Origin: Podarcis bocagei | Lineage: Eukaryota | Strand: one strand, 5' to 3' | DNA length: 64,000 bases | Assembly (NCBI GenBank): GCA_964188305.1 | Contig: OZ076886.1 | In this document: in pieces, positions 1 through 12,359 of the stretch | Layout: every line of letters starts with the position of its first letter | Numbering within the stretch: position 1 is the first letter of the stretch | Made by a program: the position numbers and the translations under genes | Notes under the pieces: model-generated | Seen by the model: only the letters and a program-made list of their open reading frames with translations | Told to the model about the DNA's origin: nothing | Database searches by the model: none

Positions 1-751
1 GGCAGAGTAGGGAAAAAGATACCTTTGAGGTCATGAGAGGGCTAGGCAGATATTATTTTTCAGAAATTGCATCCTGAGGATGAGGAGGAAGAGAATGGAC
101 GATGTATTGGCGAACGGTAGCTCCGACCACTGCATTTTACATTTTCCCTAGTTGGTTATTTTTCACCCTAAAGCAATGAAATTCATATCTTCGCTTTGTG
201 CGAGCGCACAAACACAAAGGAGCAGGCCAGTCTGAAATATGGCACAGATGAATAATATAGACAGAGGCAGAAAAGTAGGTTCCAGAACAGAGGAAGTGGT
301 TACCTCTAGACTTTGCTGAATGACAGCTCTCATTATCCCTAGCCATTGGCCAAGCTGGCTGAGGCTGATGGGGGGCTGGAGCAACATCTGGAGAGCACTG
401 TGTTTTCTACCCCTGTTCCAAAGGCACCTAGTATGGCGAACCTGCTGATGGGAGACTGCTTTGGAACTTTATGTTGTTGCCTTGAGCCTCTGCAGAGGAA
501 AGGAACAAAACAAGCTACGATCAGAATCCAGAATTAAACTGATGATGTTGGACACCATTGATTTATCACATGACCCATCTCATGGAGATCTGTTAAAGTT
601 TACTAGTTTCCCAAATAGCTAAGTTTGGGCTGGTGTACCTGAAAGATCATCGCACCCCTGATACACCCGATTAGTCATTGTGCTCTGCAGCTGAGGGCTT
701 TCTGCAGGTACAATCTAATCAGGAGATCCACATCTAATCAGGAGATGTACA

Positions 752-1103
752 TTTCCAAACACAATTCAAAATGTTGGTGCTGACCTTTAAAGCCCGAAAC
801 GGCCTTGACGCAGTATACCTGAAGGAACGTCTCCACCCCCATCGTTCAGCCCAGACACTGAGGTCCAGCTCCGAGGGCTTTCTGGCAGTTCCCTCACTGT
901 GAGAAGCCAAGCTACAGGGAACCAGGCAGAGGGCCTTCTCTGTAGTGGACGGCCTCCCATCAAATGTCAAGGAAATAAACAACTACTTGACTTTTAGAAG
1001 ACATCTGAAGGCAGCCCTGTTTAGGGAAGTTTTTAATGTTTGATGTTTTATTGTGTTTTTAATATTCTGTTGGGAGTCACCCAGAGTGGCAGGGTATAAA
1101 TAA

Positions 1104-1150
<47 letters not shown>
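752..1150 (+). mobile_element. L2-clade LINE 3' fragment with (TTA)n tail, apparently inserted into an older L2 remnant (~630-735 and ~1151-1230)
   Basis: Translates to FQTQFKMLVLTFKARNGLDAVYLKERLHPHRSAQTLRSSSEGFLAVPSL..GTRQRAFSVV, the typical L2 ORF2 C-terminus. Same family at 17930, 31164 and 48505. Ends in (TTA)n at ~1104-1150. Confidence 0.8.
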
Positions 1151-1152
<2 letters not shown>

Positions 1153-2216
1153 TGCACAATATGAAAATTGGGCCTTTAGTGTTGTGACACCCAGCCTTTG
1201 GAATACCACCCCTTTGAATATTAGACTGCTGTATTTTCGGCACCTACTTTTTGTTTGTTGTTTGCCGCCCTGGGCTCAGGGGTGGATTTAGGGGAGCGTA
1301 ACCAGTTCAGTCACACTGGGTGTGAAGCTTTGGGGGCACCCACAACCATTATGTAGAATGGAAGGCAAGAGGCAGGGGCACAAAGTTTTGGCACTGCACA
1401 GGTTGCTGCTGAAATTTGAGACCTGAAGGTCTGCCACTGCTGGGACCCTTAGGGAGGAAGGATGGGATATACAGATGCTCTACCACTAAGCTACTACGCT
1501 TCTTCAATCCTTTGCCACTCTGGGGAGATGTGTTGTCTTTCTATTTAACTCACAGTAGATGACTCTATTTCTGCATATACACTTGCAAATTAGCATATGC
1601 AATTCTTTCGCAAATAAGTGTCCTCTTTTGTCCTCAGTTTCCTTGTTGCATTTCCTCTTTTCTGGCAATACGTAAGTCACAAAGGAGGCTGGCGTGCAAG
1701 GCTACTTCCTGGAGGCCAGCCAAAGCTTCCTTCTGAACTGTGATCAGCCTACCATCTGCTCTGGGGCTTGAGGTGGTATCAACTTACTGTTAGCAGGATA
1801 CTAGTATTACTGAGAAAAATCAGATAGCCTCAACACTGCTGCTGCAGCGGCAGAGCACAAGCAACATTATACAGCATGACAGGAACAGGAAGTGAGAGCA
1901 GAAGCTGCTTAGATCAGACAGACAACAATTGCACTCTCAGAAGCTAATGTATTGGTCTAATTCACGTGTCATCACCACTCCAGCACTTGCATTATAGGAT
2001 TAGTGTTGAGTTTGCTTTTTCCCTTTCCTCCCTCCCAATCCCCCTTTCTTGTGTTTTTCAGATTGTAAGCCTGAGGGCAGGGAATTGTCTTGTTTCTGAT
2101 CTTTCTGAACCATTTTGTAAGTCCTTTCAGCTGAATAAAGCATTGTTTTAGCACTTTTTCCAGCCGAAGCATAAAACAATGCTTTAGGTAAATAAATAAC
2201 CTATTAGTTACTAATT

Positions 2217-2751
2217 TCTTGGGAGAAAAGCAATGACAAACCTAGCCAGCATCTTAAAAAGTAGAGACATCACCTTGCCAACAAAGGTCCGTATAGTTAA
2301 AGCTATGGTTTTCCCAGTAGTGATGTATGGAAGTGAGAGCTGGACCATCAAGAAGGCTAATCGCCGAAGAATTGATGCTTTTGAATTGTGGTGCTGGAGG
2401 AGACTCTTGAGAGTCCCATGGACTGCAAGAAGATCAAACCTATCCATTCTGAAGGAAATCAGCCCTGAGTGCTCACTGGAAGGACAGATCCTGAAGCTGA
2501 GGCTCCAATACTTTGGCCACCTCATGAGAAGAGAAGACTCCCTGGAAAAGACCCTGATGTTGGGAAAGATGGAGGGCACAAGGAGAAGGGGACGACAGAG
2601 GACGAGATGGTTGGATAGTGTTCTCGAAGCTACCAGCATGAGTTTGACTAAACTGCAGGAGGCAGTGGAAGACAGGAGTGCCTGGCGTGCTCTGGTCCAT
2701 GGGGGTCACGAAGAGTTGGACACGACTAAACGACTAAACGACTAAACAACA
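2217..2751 (+). mobile_element. RTE-BovB LINE, 5'-truncated
   Basis: ORF 2233-2745 (MTNLASILKSRDITLPTKVRIVKAMVFPVVMYGSESWTIKKA...LKLRLQYFGHLMRREDSLEKTLMLGK) is the BovB RT C-terminus. Tail (CGACTAAA)n CAACAA. TSD AGTTACTAATT at 2206-2216 and 2752-2762. Confidence 0.93.
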
Positions 2752-3153
2752 AGTTACTAATTATGTAACCTATTAGTTTACCTATTAGCAACAGCATTCT
2801 TGGGCACCATGCCCCCCAAAAAGTGCAACCCAAAAATTGTGTGAGATCGTGGCGGTCCTTTTGGCTGCCGGGCTCTCACAAGAAAAAAATGTGACGTCCC
2901 ATCTCTAAATGACATTGCCATTTCTAAATTTGCACCTATAAATATAAATCAGCATGTGCAATCTTTATGCAAACTTGTGCATAAAGCCCATTGGCCTGAG
3001 ACAGTGGGGCTCTTCTTGTGTTTTTCTCAGCCTACACTGAAACAGCTTCACTGCGGATAGGCCATTTCTGCTTAGGAAATTCTTACAAACTTCAGAATTA
3101 ACTTCTCAGCGGATCACCTTTTCTCTCTCTCATTCATATATATATATATATCT

Positions 3154-4229
3154 ATGCAGGTTTTGGTGTCTTCGGGTGTCTTCCCGTGTAAGAGTTGGGG
3201 TGTCTAGGCGACGTTTCGACGAGGTCTTACTCGTCATCTTCAGGCTGGTGCTTTCGGCTTCTTGTTACTGGAACAGAGCAGGATCTCAGTGTTTGAGTTC
3301 CTATAAATACTGTTGAGGGGGTGTGGTGTATAGCCTCCAACGTTCTGGGCAGAGAGGAAGTTCCCAGGTTAGTGTGTCTTTTCTTCTTTTGTTCATTAAT
3401 TACTTGAGGGATATCTTGAGTGATTTCTTGAGTGATATTCTGAGTACCACTTAGGAGGGTCATTAGGTGTGGATTAGTTGCTAAAGCTTTCGTGTCTTGA
3501 CCTCTTGAGCTTGTGAAGAGTTTTTTCTGAGAAGATGGCTGTACTGCACTTAGTTGTGCTCTGGCTTGGCTTCGTGTATAGGGGCGAGCTGTGGTTTTGT
3601 GCCCTGTGCCAGCCAGATCTGTGTAGGGATTGCAGGGGGGTGCAGCATCCGGAGGTGCCACTATGGTTTGGCTACTGGATGGTGTCTGTAATTTATCTGT
3701 GGAGAGGGTCTGGGTTTGGGTCTGGTGTGGTTGATTGGAGATGGCGTTCTGTGTGCCTCTGGTTCTGGTGTCGGTTTTTGTGGGGAGGGCTATTTTCCAG
3801 ATGTCTGGCAGGCGGGACGTATCGTCACGCTTGTTCATGTTGTGAGGGTGTTTCTCTATCTCGATGGCTTCCATGATTATTCTCTTGTGGTGGTGTTCCA
3901 TGTTAAAGAGCAATTTGGAATCTGAAAAATTAATTTCGTGTCCTGTTTCTTTCATGTGTTGGTAAAGAGAGGAAGTTTTTTCTTCTTTTTTGACGGCATT
4001 CTTGTGTTCTGCGATACGTGCATTTATTCGTCTGTTTGTTTGTCCAATGTACGTGGCTGGGCAGACTTTGCAGGGTATTTCATAGACCCCTTGGTTTTCT
4101 AACTGGATTTTATCTTTGGGGTTTCTGAGGATATTGGCTATTTTTTGGTTGGTGCAAAAGGCTGTTTTGATATTGTGTTTATGGAGGATTTTGCTAATTT
4201 TATCTGTAGTGCCCTTGATATAAGGAAGG
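3154..4229 (-). mobile_element. Penelope-like element 3' fragment (GIY-YIG endonuclease, C-terminal tail and terminal repeat), 5'-truncated
   Basis: Colinear with 61041-62116 (offset 57887), and the translations in the ORF track are identical. Motif GVYEIPCKVCPATYIGQT. (TA)n tracts on both sides. Confidence 0.93.
3204..3248 (-). ncRNA. Minimal type I hammerhead ribozyme motif in PLE terminal repeat (copy 1)
   Basis: Minus strand reads CCAGC CUGAAGA U GACGAG-uaagac-CUCGUC GAAA CGUC GCCUAG: CUGANGA and GAAA cores, a 6-bp stem II and a vestigial palindromic stem III. Stem I pairing is weak. Confidence 0.7.
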
Positions 4230-7200
4230 CAAATAGAAAGCAAATATATATCTATATATATATAAAACCACCAACCCTTAGTGTCATCCTGTGTGTCTGC
4301 ACTTGTACTCTTCCTCCCTGCTCCTTTTTTCCTGCCTTCTGTTAATTTGAAAATGTGCTTTTACAGATATAATTCTAACTAGGCGCCCGGCTGGATTAAT
4401 TTAGCAGAATACAGTAATTATGTCCACAAAGAGGGAAAGGGGACAGTGCTGGAAAAGGAGGGCTGGCTTTTCTTTTATTGAACACCTGGGGCTTCCAGGT
4501 TGCAAATTATTAAGCATTTTGGAAAGACTCCCACAGCCGTGCTAAATTGTCCCTATGTTTCTCTGCTCAAGCTGGACTGACAAGCATCCTAACCTTCAGG
4601 AGCGGGGTAACCTTCTGATTGAGGTGAGGGGGGGGGGGAGAGCAGGAGCATTTATTTTTCAGAACACGTCCCACAAGCTCACTTAAATGTAATTCAGTCC
4701 TTTGTAAGGGTAAAACTAAGGGTAAAACTACATACAATTGCAGTGTAATGTGTAGTTTTACCCTTAGTTCAGTGCTAAGGCTTACAAAGGACTGAATTAC
4801 ATTTAAGTGAGCTTGTGGGACGTGTTCTGAAAAATAAATGTTAGTCTGACAGGGCTTCTTCTTTTTCATTCCACTGCAAAAAAACAAACAAACCATGAGA
4901 GGGGAGCTTTGCAGCTGTGATGAGGAAGCAATGCTCAACCCATTCCCTGAAGGCTGCATTTCCCCAAATCTCCTCCCAGCTGCTCCCTCCCCCTGCCTCA
5001 CTGTCCCAGACCTGAATCTGTGAGGTAAACACTGTTGGAATCTCCGTTACAACCGAGCTGATAAAGCTCATCTTCCGGAATCGCCCTCCGAGGTAATTGA
5101 CGACCTGAGCCTCTGATAAGGCTCTAGGCACATCCCGCTCAGCAGAGAATCCAAAACAGCATGTGGAAGTGATGAGATTTATGGCTAAATGCTATGCTTT
5201 ATTTCTTACTATGCAGATAGCAAAGAATTATACATCCTCTCTCTATGAAAGCAGAGAGCAACTCAGCAAAGGAACAGGAAACCACTAACGTCACATCCCG
5301 TCTCCCGTGAGACTTCCAATAGCCTGGACTGTCTCTGGAATGTAAACAGAGTCCTGTGACTCTAAGCAGCTGCACAGTGGCAAACAGAAATTAACAAACA
5401 CAAGTCCAGAACAAGGGCAAGTGGTGCTGCGGGTAAAGTTTGAGAGAGGGAAGTGGCTGGCAGGGAAAGGGTTAAAACCACTCCCATAACAAAACACAGA
5501 GACCAAAGGATGTCTTGCAACAAAGAGGGGGACACAACGGGACTCCACAGTGCCACCTGGTGCCACAGTGTTATGAAGCATATAAAGCGCTTTATCTTTA
5601 CAAATGTAGCCGAGTTCTTTATATGCAGCTGCAGTGTAACATGTAGTTTGGCCCAGCTTTAGAGAATTGGGCTCCTTTTTCTCCTTGCAGTATTCCCCAA
5701 CCAAGCAAAAAATAAGTTGGGCAAGGGGAATGCCATACAGAAAAGGGGGGGGGGGAGAGAGAGAGAGACAGCTCTTATAATGCAAAGCAGAAAGAGGAAA
5801 GAAAAAGTCCAGATGCAAATAAAAGGAACAGATCATTGACAATGATGATAAATAATGACAAAAAATTGACCTCACACTGATACCACATGTCTGGCCTAAA
5901 CATTTGCCTATGAGTCACACCACCACCATGTGGCCATAAGACAAATGTTTCAAAGTTCATGCCCACAAAATGAGCCATTGCATTAATATACAAAACGAGA
6001 AAATTGATACTCTCAGAACACTCAGTATCCACGTTTTAAAACACCTAATCGCTAACAGCACAGTATACTGCCTTTTAAATACTAAAGTAATATTACTTTC
6101 TTGTGGAAAAAGCAACAAAATTACAAGACATGAATTCCTCCTGATAACAGAGAAACAATTACCAAATATTGAATACCAGAGACATTCAGAGAACTGATAC
6201 CGTGGCATAAATGCCCATGAGCTCATGTTTCATTCCTTTCCCTAATACCTTGGAGTAGAAAATGATGTGTGTGTGTTTATTTCCAAATCCACTTTAAAGA
6301 CACACCTGAGTGCTTGACTGCAACATCAGCCGATTATTACATTGCATTCAGAGCAGAGCAGAAGCTGGATTTTAATGCAGAAGGGGTCTTTCACAAACTG
6401 TGCTGAGAATGATTTAACAAGGGATCCTCCGCCACCAGTGGGAAACTGCCAAATCAAAACAAGCAGCCCGCAATATGCTCTTTCAACCATATTTAATATG
6501 GTTTCAGTAAGAAACAGACCCACCCAATGGCAACGCTTCTGAGAATCATTTGTGGGCTAACGTACGTAGCAGTTTTCCAGCACCTACGTAGATGTTAATG
6601 TTTGGCTCAGACTGTGGATGACTGCATATTTAGAAGAATTATACAGCCACGCAGAAGACCACAGGTCAGGAGGCATGATATGAGGCAGGGGAGTCCATGA
6701 CAGAAATAATTAGAAAACATCTAGGGATGATCTTTGCAGCAGCATCTGGAATATTACTGAAGAGCCAGGGGCTACTCAGAGCACAATTAGTGGAGGCTGT
6801 TCCATCCATACTTTTGGTCCTTTGTGCATGGAATGTTAAAATTGAGGTTTGTGGGGGGTTTTTACTGCAGGAATGTTTTGTTTGATTTTTCAGAGAAAAA
6901 TGGGTTTGGCATTTTTTATTTTGCCAAGGTTTAGCAGCCTTGCAGTCAAATTTGAAGACTCGCTGAATAAAGAACATAAAAGCAGATCGATATGTCTCAT
7001 GCAAATGTGCATAAGAAACAAAACCTTGATGGTTCTTCTGGGTAGGGAAAAAGATTGCTTAGGAGGTGATTTGGAGTGGAGAAGCAACAGGAGGTACTTA
7101 GCCTTTTTGGTGTCCATCATTTTCTATAAAAAAACCAAAACCTACCACTCACTGAAGCCTCTCTTCCTGTTGTGGAGTCCCAGGCATGTGCTTGCCCTCT

Positions 7201-7775
7201 TAAATGTACAATTTCCATCAGAGGCATGAAATGCCTGATGGAAATTGCACCAGCAAAGCAACGTGTCGTGAAGGAGTCAAGCGGTACCCCACCCCCTGCT
7301 ATCTCTGCTCCAAATTCTTCCACCCAACCCACTGCTTTTCCCAACATAAAATGGCCACTGAAACCTTGTTATGTTACATGAATATGCAGGTATCTATGGG
7401 CTGACAAAGTGCTCTGTAAACTAAATCAAGTTGGCACTGAGAGTCTATCAGAGGGACATGGCTTCCCCTCTTTACATCACTACTGGTGAAAAACACAGTT
7501 GCCATGGATCAAGTTTTATTTAAGGCAGACAAAGCTAAACTGGTCCACTATTAAGACTGGCACATAGTCTGTCTAAGCAAGCACTGAGTTTCATTCATAA
7601 GCAAACAGAGCTGACAAGCCATCTTCCCTGCAATATACGACCTTCCTCGATCAAAGTTCACCCGAAAAGCCAGGAGAATGGTTTAATAACCCATCCACAT
7701 GGACAAGGGTAAGAACCACCTCTCATTCCAGTAGGAAATCACCACATGGTACAAATTCTGTGGGTTGACCATTGG

Positions 7776-8148
7776 GAGGAGGTTAAGGGGTGATATGATA
7801 GCCATGTTCAAATATATAAAAGGATGTCACATAGAGAAGGGAGAAAGGTTGTTTTCTGCTGCTCCAGAGAAGCGGACACGGAGCAATGGATCCAAACTAC
7901 AAGAAAGAATATTCCACCTAAACATTAGGAAGAACTTCCTGACAGTAAGAGCTGTTCGACAGTGGAATTTGCTGCCAAGGAGTGTGGTGGAGTCTCCTTC
8001 TTTGGAGGTCTTTAAGCAGAGGCTTGACAACCATATGTCAGGAGTGCTCTGATGGTGTTTCCTGCTTGGCAGGGGGTTGGACTTGATGGCCCTTGTGGTC
8101 TCTTCCAACTCTATGATTCTATGATTCTATGATTCTATGATTCTATGA
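7776..8148 (+). mobile_element. CR1 LINE 3' fragment
   Basis: [16 protein letters not shown]...[34 protein letters not shown], then the CR1 3' stem region and (ATTCTATG)n octamer tail. Near-identical to 45775-46117. Confidence 0.92.
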
Positions 8149-8663
8149 ATTGACTCTGGAAACCGGTGGCTCCAGAGAGCTTTGGATGGGAGTCATATTT
8201 GCAACAAATCTGTGCCTTACAAAAAGACTCCTATGACTTCAGTTACATAACAAGGGAAGTGGCCCTCAATTATACTTTAATTTGCAACAGTATATGGCTA
8301 TAGCCGCCTGTCTTAATCACTCAGTCATCATACCTTATTATGCAAATAGAGCAATCTCTATTCAAATCAAAAGATTGCACTTTGAGCTACGCAGATTTTC
8401 AGGATCATCCTATGCTATAAAGCATGGCAATAAGGGATGCAATAAAGGGGGAATGATCCATACAACAAATGCAGTGATGCAAAGGAAACACAATGACTTA
8501 AAGGCACGTCTGCATTACGCATTCCTGGGGGTGGGGGGAGTCTAGTCATTCACTCAGCAACTTATTACCCCTGGAATCCATCATCATTCTGACCTAAGAT
8601 AATATTGCTCCCTGCTCCCACAGAAACACACCTGCACTTATAATGCAAGTTGAGCTAGCTTAA

Positions 8664-9020
8664 AAGGTAAAGGTTAAAGGGACCCCTGACCATTAGGTCC
8701 AGTCGTGCCCGACTCTGGGGTTGCGGCACTCATCTCGCTTTATTGACTGAGGGAGCCGGCGTACAGCTTCTGGGTCATGTGACCAGCATGACTAAGCTGC
8801 TTCTAGAGAACCAGGGCAGCACATGGAAACGTCGTTTACCTTCCCGCCAGAGCGGTACCTATTTATCTGCTTGCACTTTGATGTGCTTTCGAACTGCTAG
8901 GTTGGCAGGAGCAGGGACCGAGCAATGGGAGTTCACCCCGTGGCGGTGATTTGAACCGCTGACCTTCTGATCGGCAAGTCCTAGGCTCTGTAGTTTAACC
9001 CACAGCGCCACCCACGTCCC
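8664..9020 (-). mobile_element. Sauria SINE (Squam1), full length
   Basis: Minus strand starts GGGACGTGGGTGGCGCTGTGGGTTAAAC and ends in a BovB-like 3' segment with (ACCTTT)n tail. Same family at 14089, 50950, 53936 and 54798. Confidence 0.9.
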
Positions 9021-11494
9021 CTGCACCACCCGCATCCCTGAAACACAGAAACACACCTGCACTTATAATGCAAGCTGAACTAGCTTAATGCAAACTATAT
9101 TCTTACAATGGTGAGTTCACGTATGTGTTGATGGGTATGCTGCACATGAAATATGTGACTCAAAACCATCCTGTTGTACAAGGGCACTGATGGCTGCATG
9201 AAGGACATGTGCAGTGTTTTGGAGAACTGGGGCAAACAAGCTAACAATTTAGGAGGAGGTCCATTTGTCCTGTTTTTAAAGGCCACTCATCTGCTTATCT
9301 TGGCTGCACAAGAAAGCTGCACCATGTGCTATTCTGCAATAAACCTTAAAGCATATGATTGACGGTAAGGTGCAGCGACAGGATTTACAAAGGCAATAAA
9401 AACAGACCCTGCTAGGAATGCCGAACATAAAGAGTTATGAGCAAGTGCAATTAACATCCTGCCAATTATTATGAACAACATGTAATTAAACTGGCTTTCA
9501 AAATGGCTTTTCACACATTCCATTTACGAAAGAGAAAAGGGGGAGGCAGTAAAAACACGTAACTACAGCATCATCGTGAATAAGCAGAATGTAATGGCAA
9601 GATCACATCTGGAGCAAGCTGATAGGGTCCAGGGCATGGGCTGAAGAGATCCTAGCTACATCACACAATTGCGATGGAGGAGGAATCCATTTTAAATGGA
9701 GTTAATACACAGAATTCAACTCTTCTTCAAACCTTGCTTGCACCAGACCTCTTGTATCAAATACCCACATGTCCAAGCTCGCCAGATGGCAGTAGGGGAA
9801 ATGGCCAGAACTCCTTTCCCCCATTCTTTCTTAATTTATTTCTAGAGACTTGGTGCTCTGCTTCAGTTCAAGCGAAACTGCATATAGCCATGTCCAGCAT
9901 GTTCATTCCTCAGAGTGGGGCTCAGAGTGGGACTTTGGAGAATTCAAGATGGCAGGTCCAATGGATGCCACAGGGTGCCCACAGGGCAGTAGCAGCTGCT
10001 GTGACACTGTGCTTTGGGGGATATAGGAAGCTGCCTCCTACCAAGGCAGAATCCTGGTCCACCTATTGTCAAAACTGACTGCCAGTGGCTCTCCAAGGTT
10101 TCAGGCAAGGGTCTCTTCTAGCCACAGGGGTCAAAACTGGGGCTCTATCACTGAGCTTTGACTCTTCTCACTGTGGTGCCTCCAGGACTATGAAGCTCCA
10201 GATTTGCTGTATGATTTTAAGGGCACTGCAGACAATGGTGTTGTGACCAAAGACAGGAAAGGGCTTTTGCTCCTTGCCCTTAGATCTGCAGGAATGCCAC
10301 ACACAGGAAAACCAAGCTGAAGAAAAGGGTTCATAAAATACATTACGAGCTGGTTCGCTACAAATCTGGATGCCGTGACCTGGTACATTTATTGATACTT
10401 CAGATGGAGATGATAACCTCACGGAGGATGGATGCTTGAATACAACCCTGATGGAATAATGTGGGAGGAAAAACTAAAATAGGAATGTATTATTATACAC
10501 ACATGAACACTTAGTGGGCAGCTGGTGGGATCAGGGGTAGGGGCGGGGAGGGAGGGAAGTTAGGGCCATGTTTAGTACCCTTCTTCTATTTTCTTATACG
10601 TCTCTAATAAAACCAATTAAAAAAAAACATTTTATAGCAGGAAAAGGAAAGGAGGTGAAAGCAGCTGAAGGGACTGAGGCACAACCAGCCTTTGTCAATC
10701 TCAGCTAAAGAGACGCTATTTGGGGAGATTAAAAGTTACAGATCTGGCTTTTAATTAAAGGGAAAGGGGCGGGAGAAACCCTGCCACACAATTTAGAGCA
10801 GATTCTAGGAATGCGAGGTTGACGGGAAAAGCGGAGAGCGGACGGGGGAGAGGAATCGCCTTCGCACTTCCAACAGTGGAATCATTAAAAAATGACACTG
10901 TGGTTTGTGGCTTGTCAGGATGGAGGGGGAAGCATGCTGCTCCATATCGTTCGGCTCCTCTCCAATCATGTTACTTGAGAAATGAGAGATTGGGGAAGAG
11001 GAACTGGGACCCCCTTTTCAAGTGAACTGCCTTTACAGCAATTTCCCTCTGTGCTACCATGACAAGTGCAAGCTTTCCCGCTCGAGAGCGCCATGTGAAT
11101 CTCATTATCTTGTAAAACCCTGCAATGTTGATATCTTATACACACACACATACACACACACCATTTTCTGGGAACCTTACTATTCCTCCCCTAAGCTCTT
11201 TTGCCTTTAATGGTGCATCAGCCAACTCCCTCCCTCTCACCCTCCCCTTCCGACGTGGTTTGTTCTGCTCTGCGCAGGTATTGTTTTGCAGTTCCTTGTT
11301 TCAATTCCAAACATCTCCTGGCAGGGCAGGGAGAGGAAGCCCTGCCTGAAACCCTGAAAAGCCATTGCCAGTCAGGTTAGACAATGCTGAGCTGGATGGA
11401 GCCATGGTCTGACTTGGTATAAGGCAGCTTCCAGCAAGCTGGCTCATAAGAGGAGGGAGTGGCATGGGGATGCTGAGAGAATGGCCTCAAAGTA

Positions 11495-11774
11495 CAGTGG
11501 ACCCTTGGGTTACGTTACCTTCAGGTAACGTAACTTTCAGGCTGTGAACGCGGCAAACCCAGAAGTGTATTCTTCCGGGTTTCACTGTGCGCGCATGCAC
11601 AGAAGCGCTCTGTGTGCCTCGTGCATACGCAGAAGTGCTCTGCAGGCCTCGCGCATGCGCAGAAGCACTCTCGCGCCGTGAGCGTGCACAGAAGCAGCAC
11701 CTCTACTTGCAGATTTTGGGGGGGTATGTGTGGACCCCTGGAACAAATTACATTCGTATCCAGAGGGTCCACTG
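11495..11774. mobile_element. Tc1/mariner-pogo (Tigger-like) MITE
   Basis: TIRs CAGTGGACCCT...AGGGTCCACTG with TA on both sides. Internal ~30-bp GC-rich repeats. Confidence 0.8.
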
Positions 11775-11856
11775 TATTATCCTAAATGGTGGTTACGCCA
11801 CATATGAGCGCTTTGGTTGGCGGAATTGGCACAACTACAGGTGTCACATAATACAC

Positions 11857-12322
11857 TGTCAAGGACCGTGCTGAGGAGGGCTGCACTGGGGAGGAATGGT
11901 GGGAACCTCCCCCCTGCTCCTGAATCTTCCCAAGAGCAGGAGGACAGTATAGATTTGGAACAGTGGTTTGAAGAGGGATATAGTTCAAAAGGCAGAGCTG
12001 GGAAATACTGGATGGGGGAATAGCTAGGAGAAGAAACACCGGAAGAGAGAGGTTTAACAGATTCAAAGTCTCTGGATAGTATCCACCCCCCTTCCTCAAA
12101 GACACAGAGAGCTTAGAAAGTGTTAGAACAGAAAGCGCAGTGGGTACAAACTCAGATTACAAGGGTGAGTCTTAATTGGGAGCACCGCCATTCTAGGGAG
12201 ATGCTTTCTTTTGTCTCTCAATGTGTTTATTAAAGAAAGAAACTAACTGGTAAGAATTTCCTTTTGTTTAATCTGCTTATTTACTGCCACGAGGAAGGAA
12301 GCCGATTCCCCGAAGCCTGACA
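11857..12322 (+). mobile_element. Solo LTR (466 bp)
   Basis: Termini TGTCAAGG...CCTGACA. Perfect 5-bp TSD TACAC at 11852-11856 and 12323-12327. ATTAAA near the 3' end. Confidence 0.8.
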
Positions 12323-12325
12323 TAC

Positions 12326-12359
12326 ACACATAATCTTAGCCAAAAGGCCAAGAGGCAAT
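12326..12359 (-). pseudogene. RNU2: 3'-truncated U2 snRNA copy (approx. nt 1-34)
   Basis: Minus strand ATTGCCTCTTGGCCTTTTGGCTAAGATTATGTGT vs U2 5' end ATCGCTTCTCGGCCTTTTGGCTAAGATCAAGTGT (recalled from memory): 29/34 identical, two differences consistent with CpG decay. Confidence 0.8.

Noticed and set aside
64-116. Possible micro-exon after TATTATTTTTCAG (KLHPEDEEEENGRCIGER)
   Set aside because: The donor site is weak (GTAGCT), the peptide is unrecognised, and no partner exons are visible.
5291-5875. 194-aa minus-strand ORF
   Set aside because: It runs through poly-C and (CT)n tracts, has no recognisable domain and has a composition typical of non-coding DNA.
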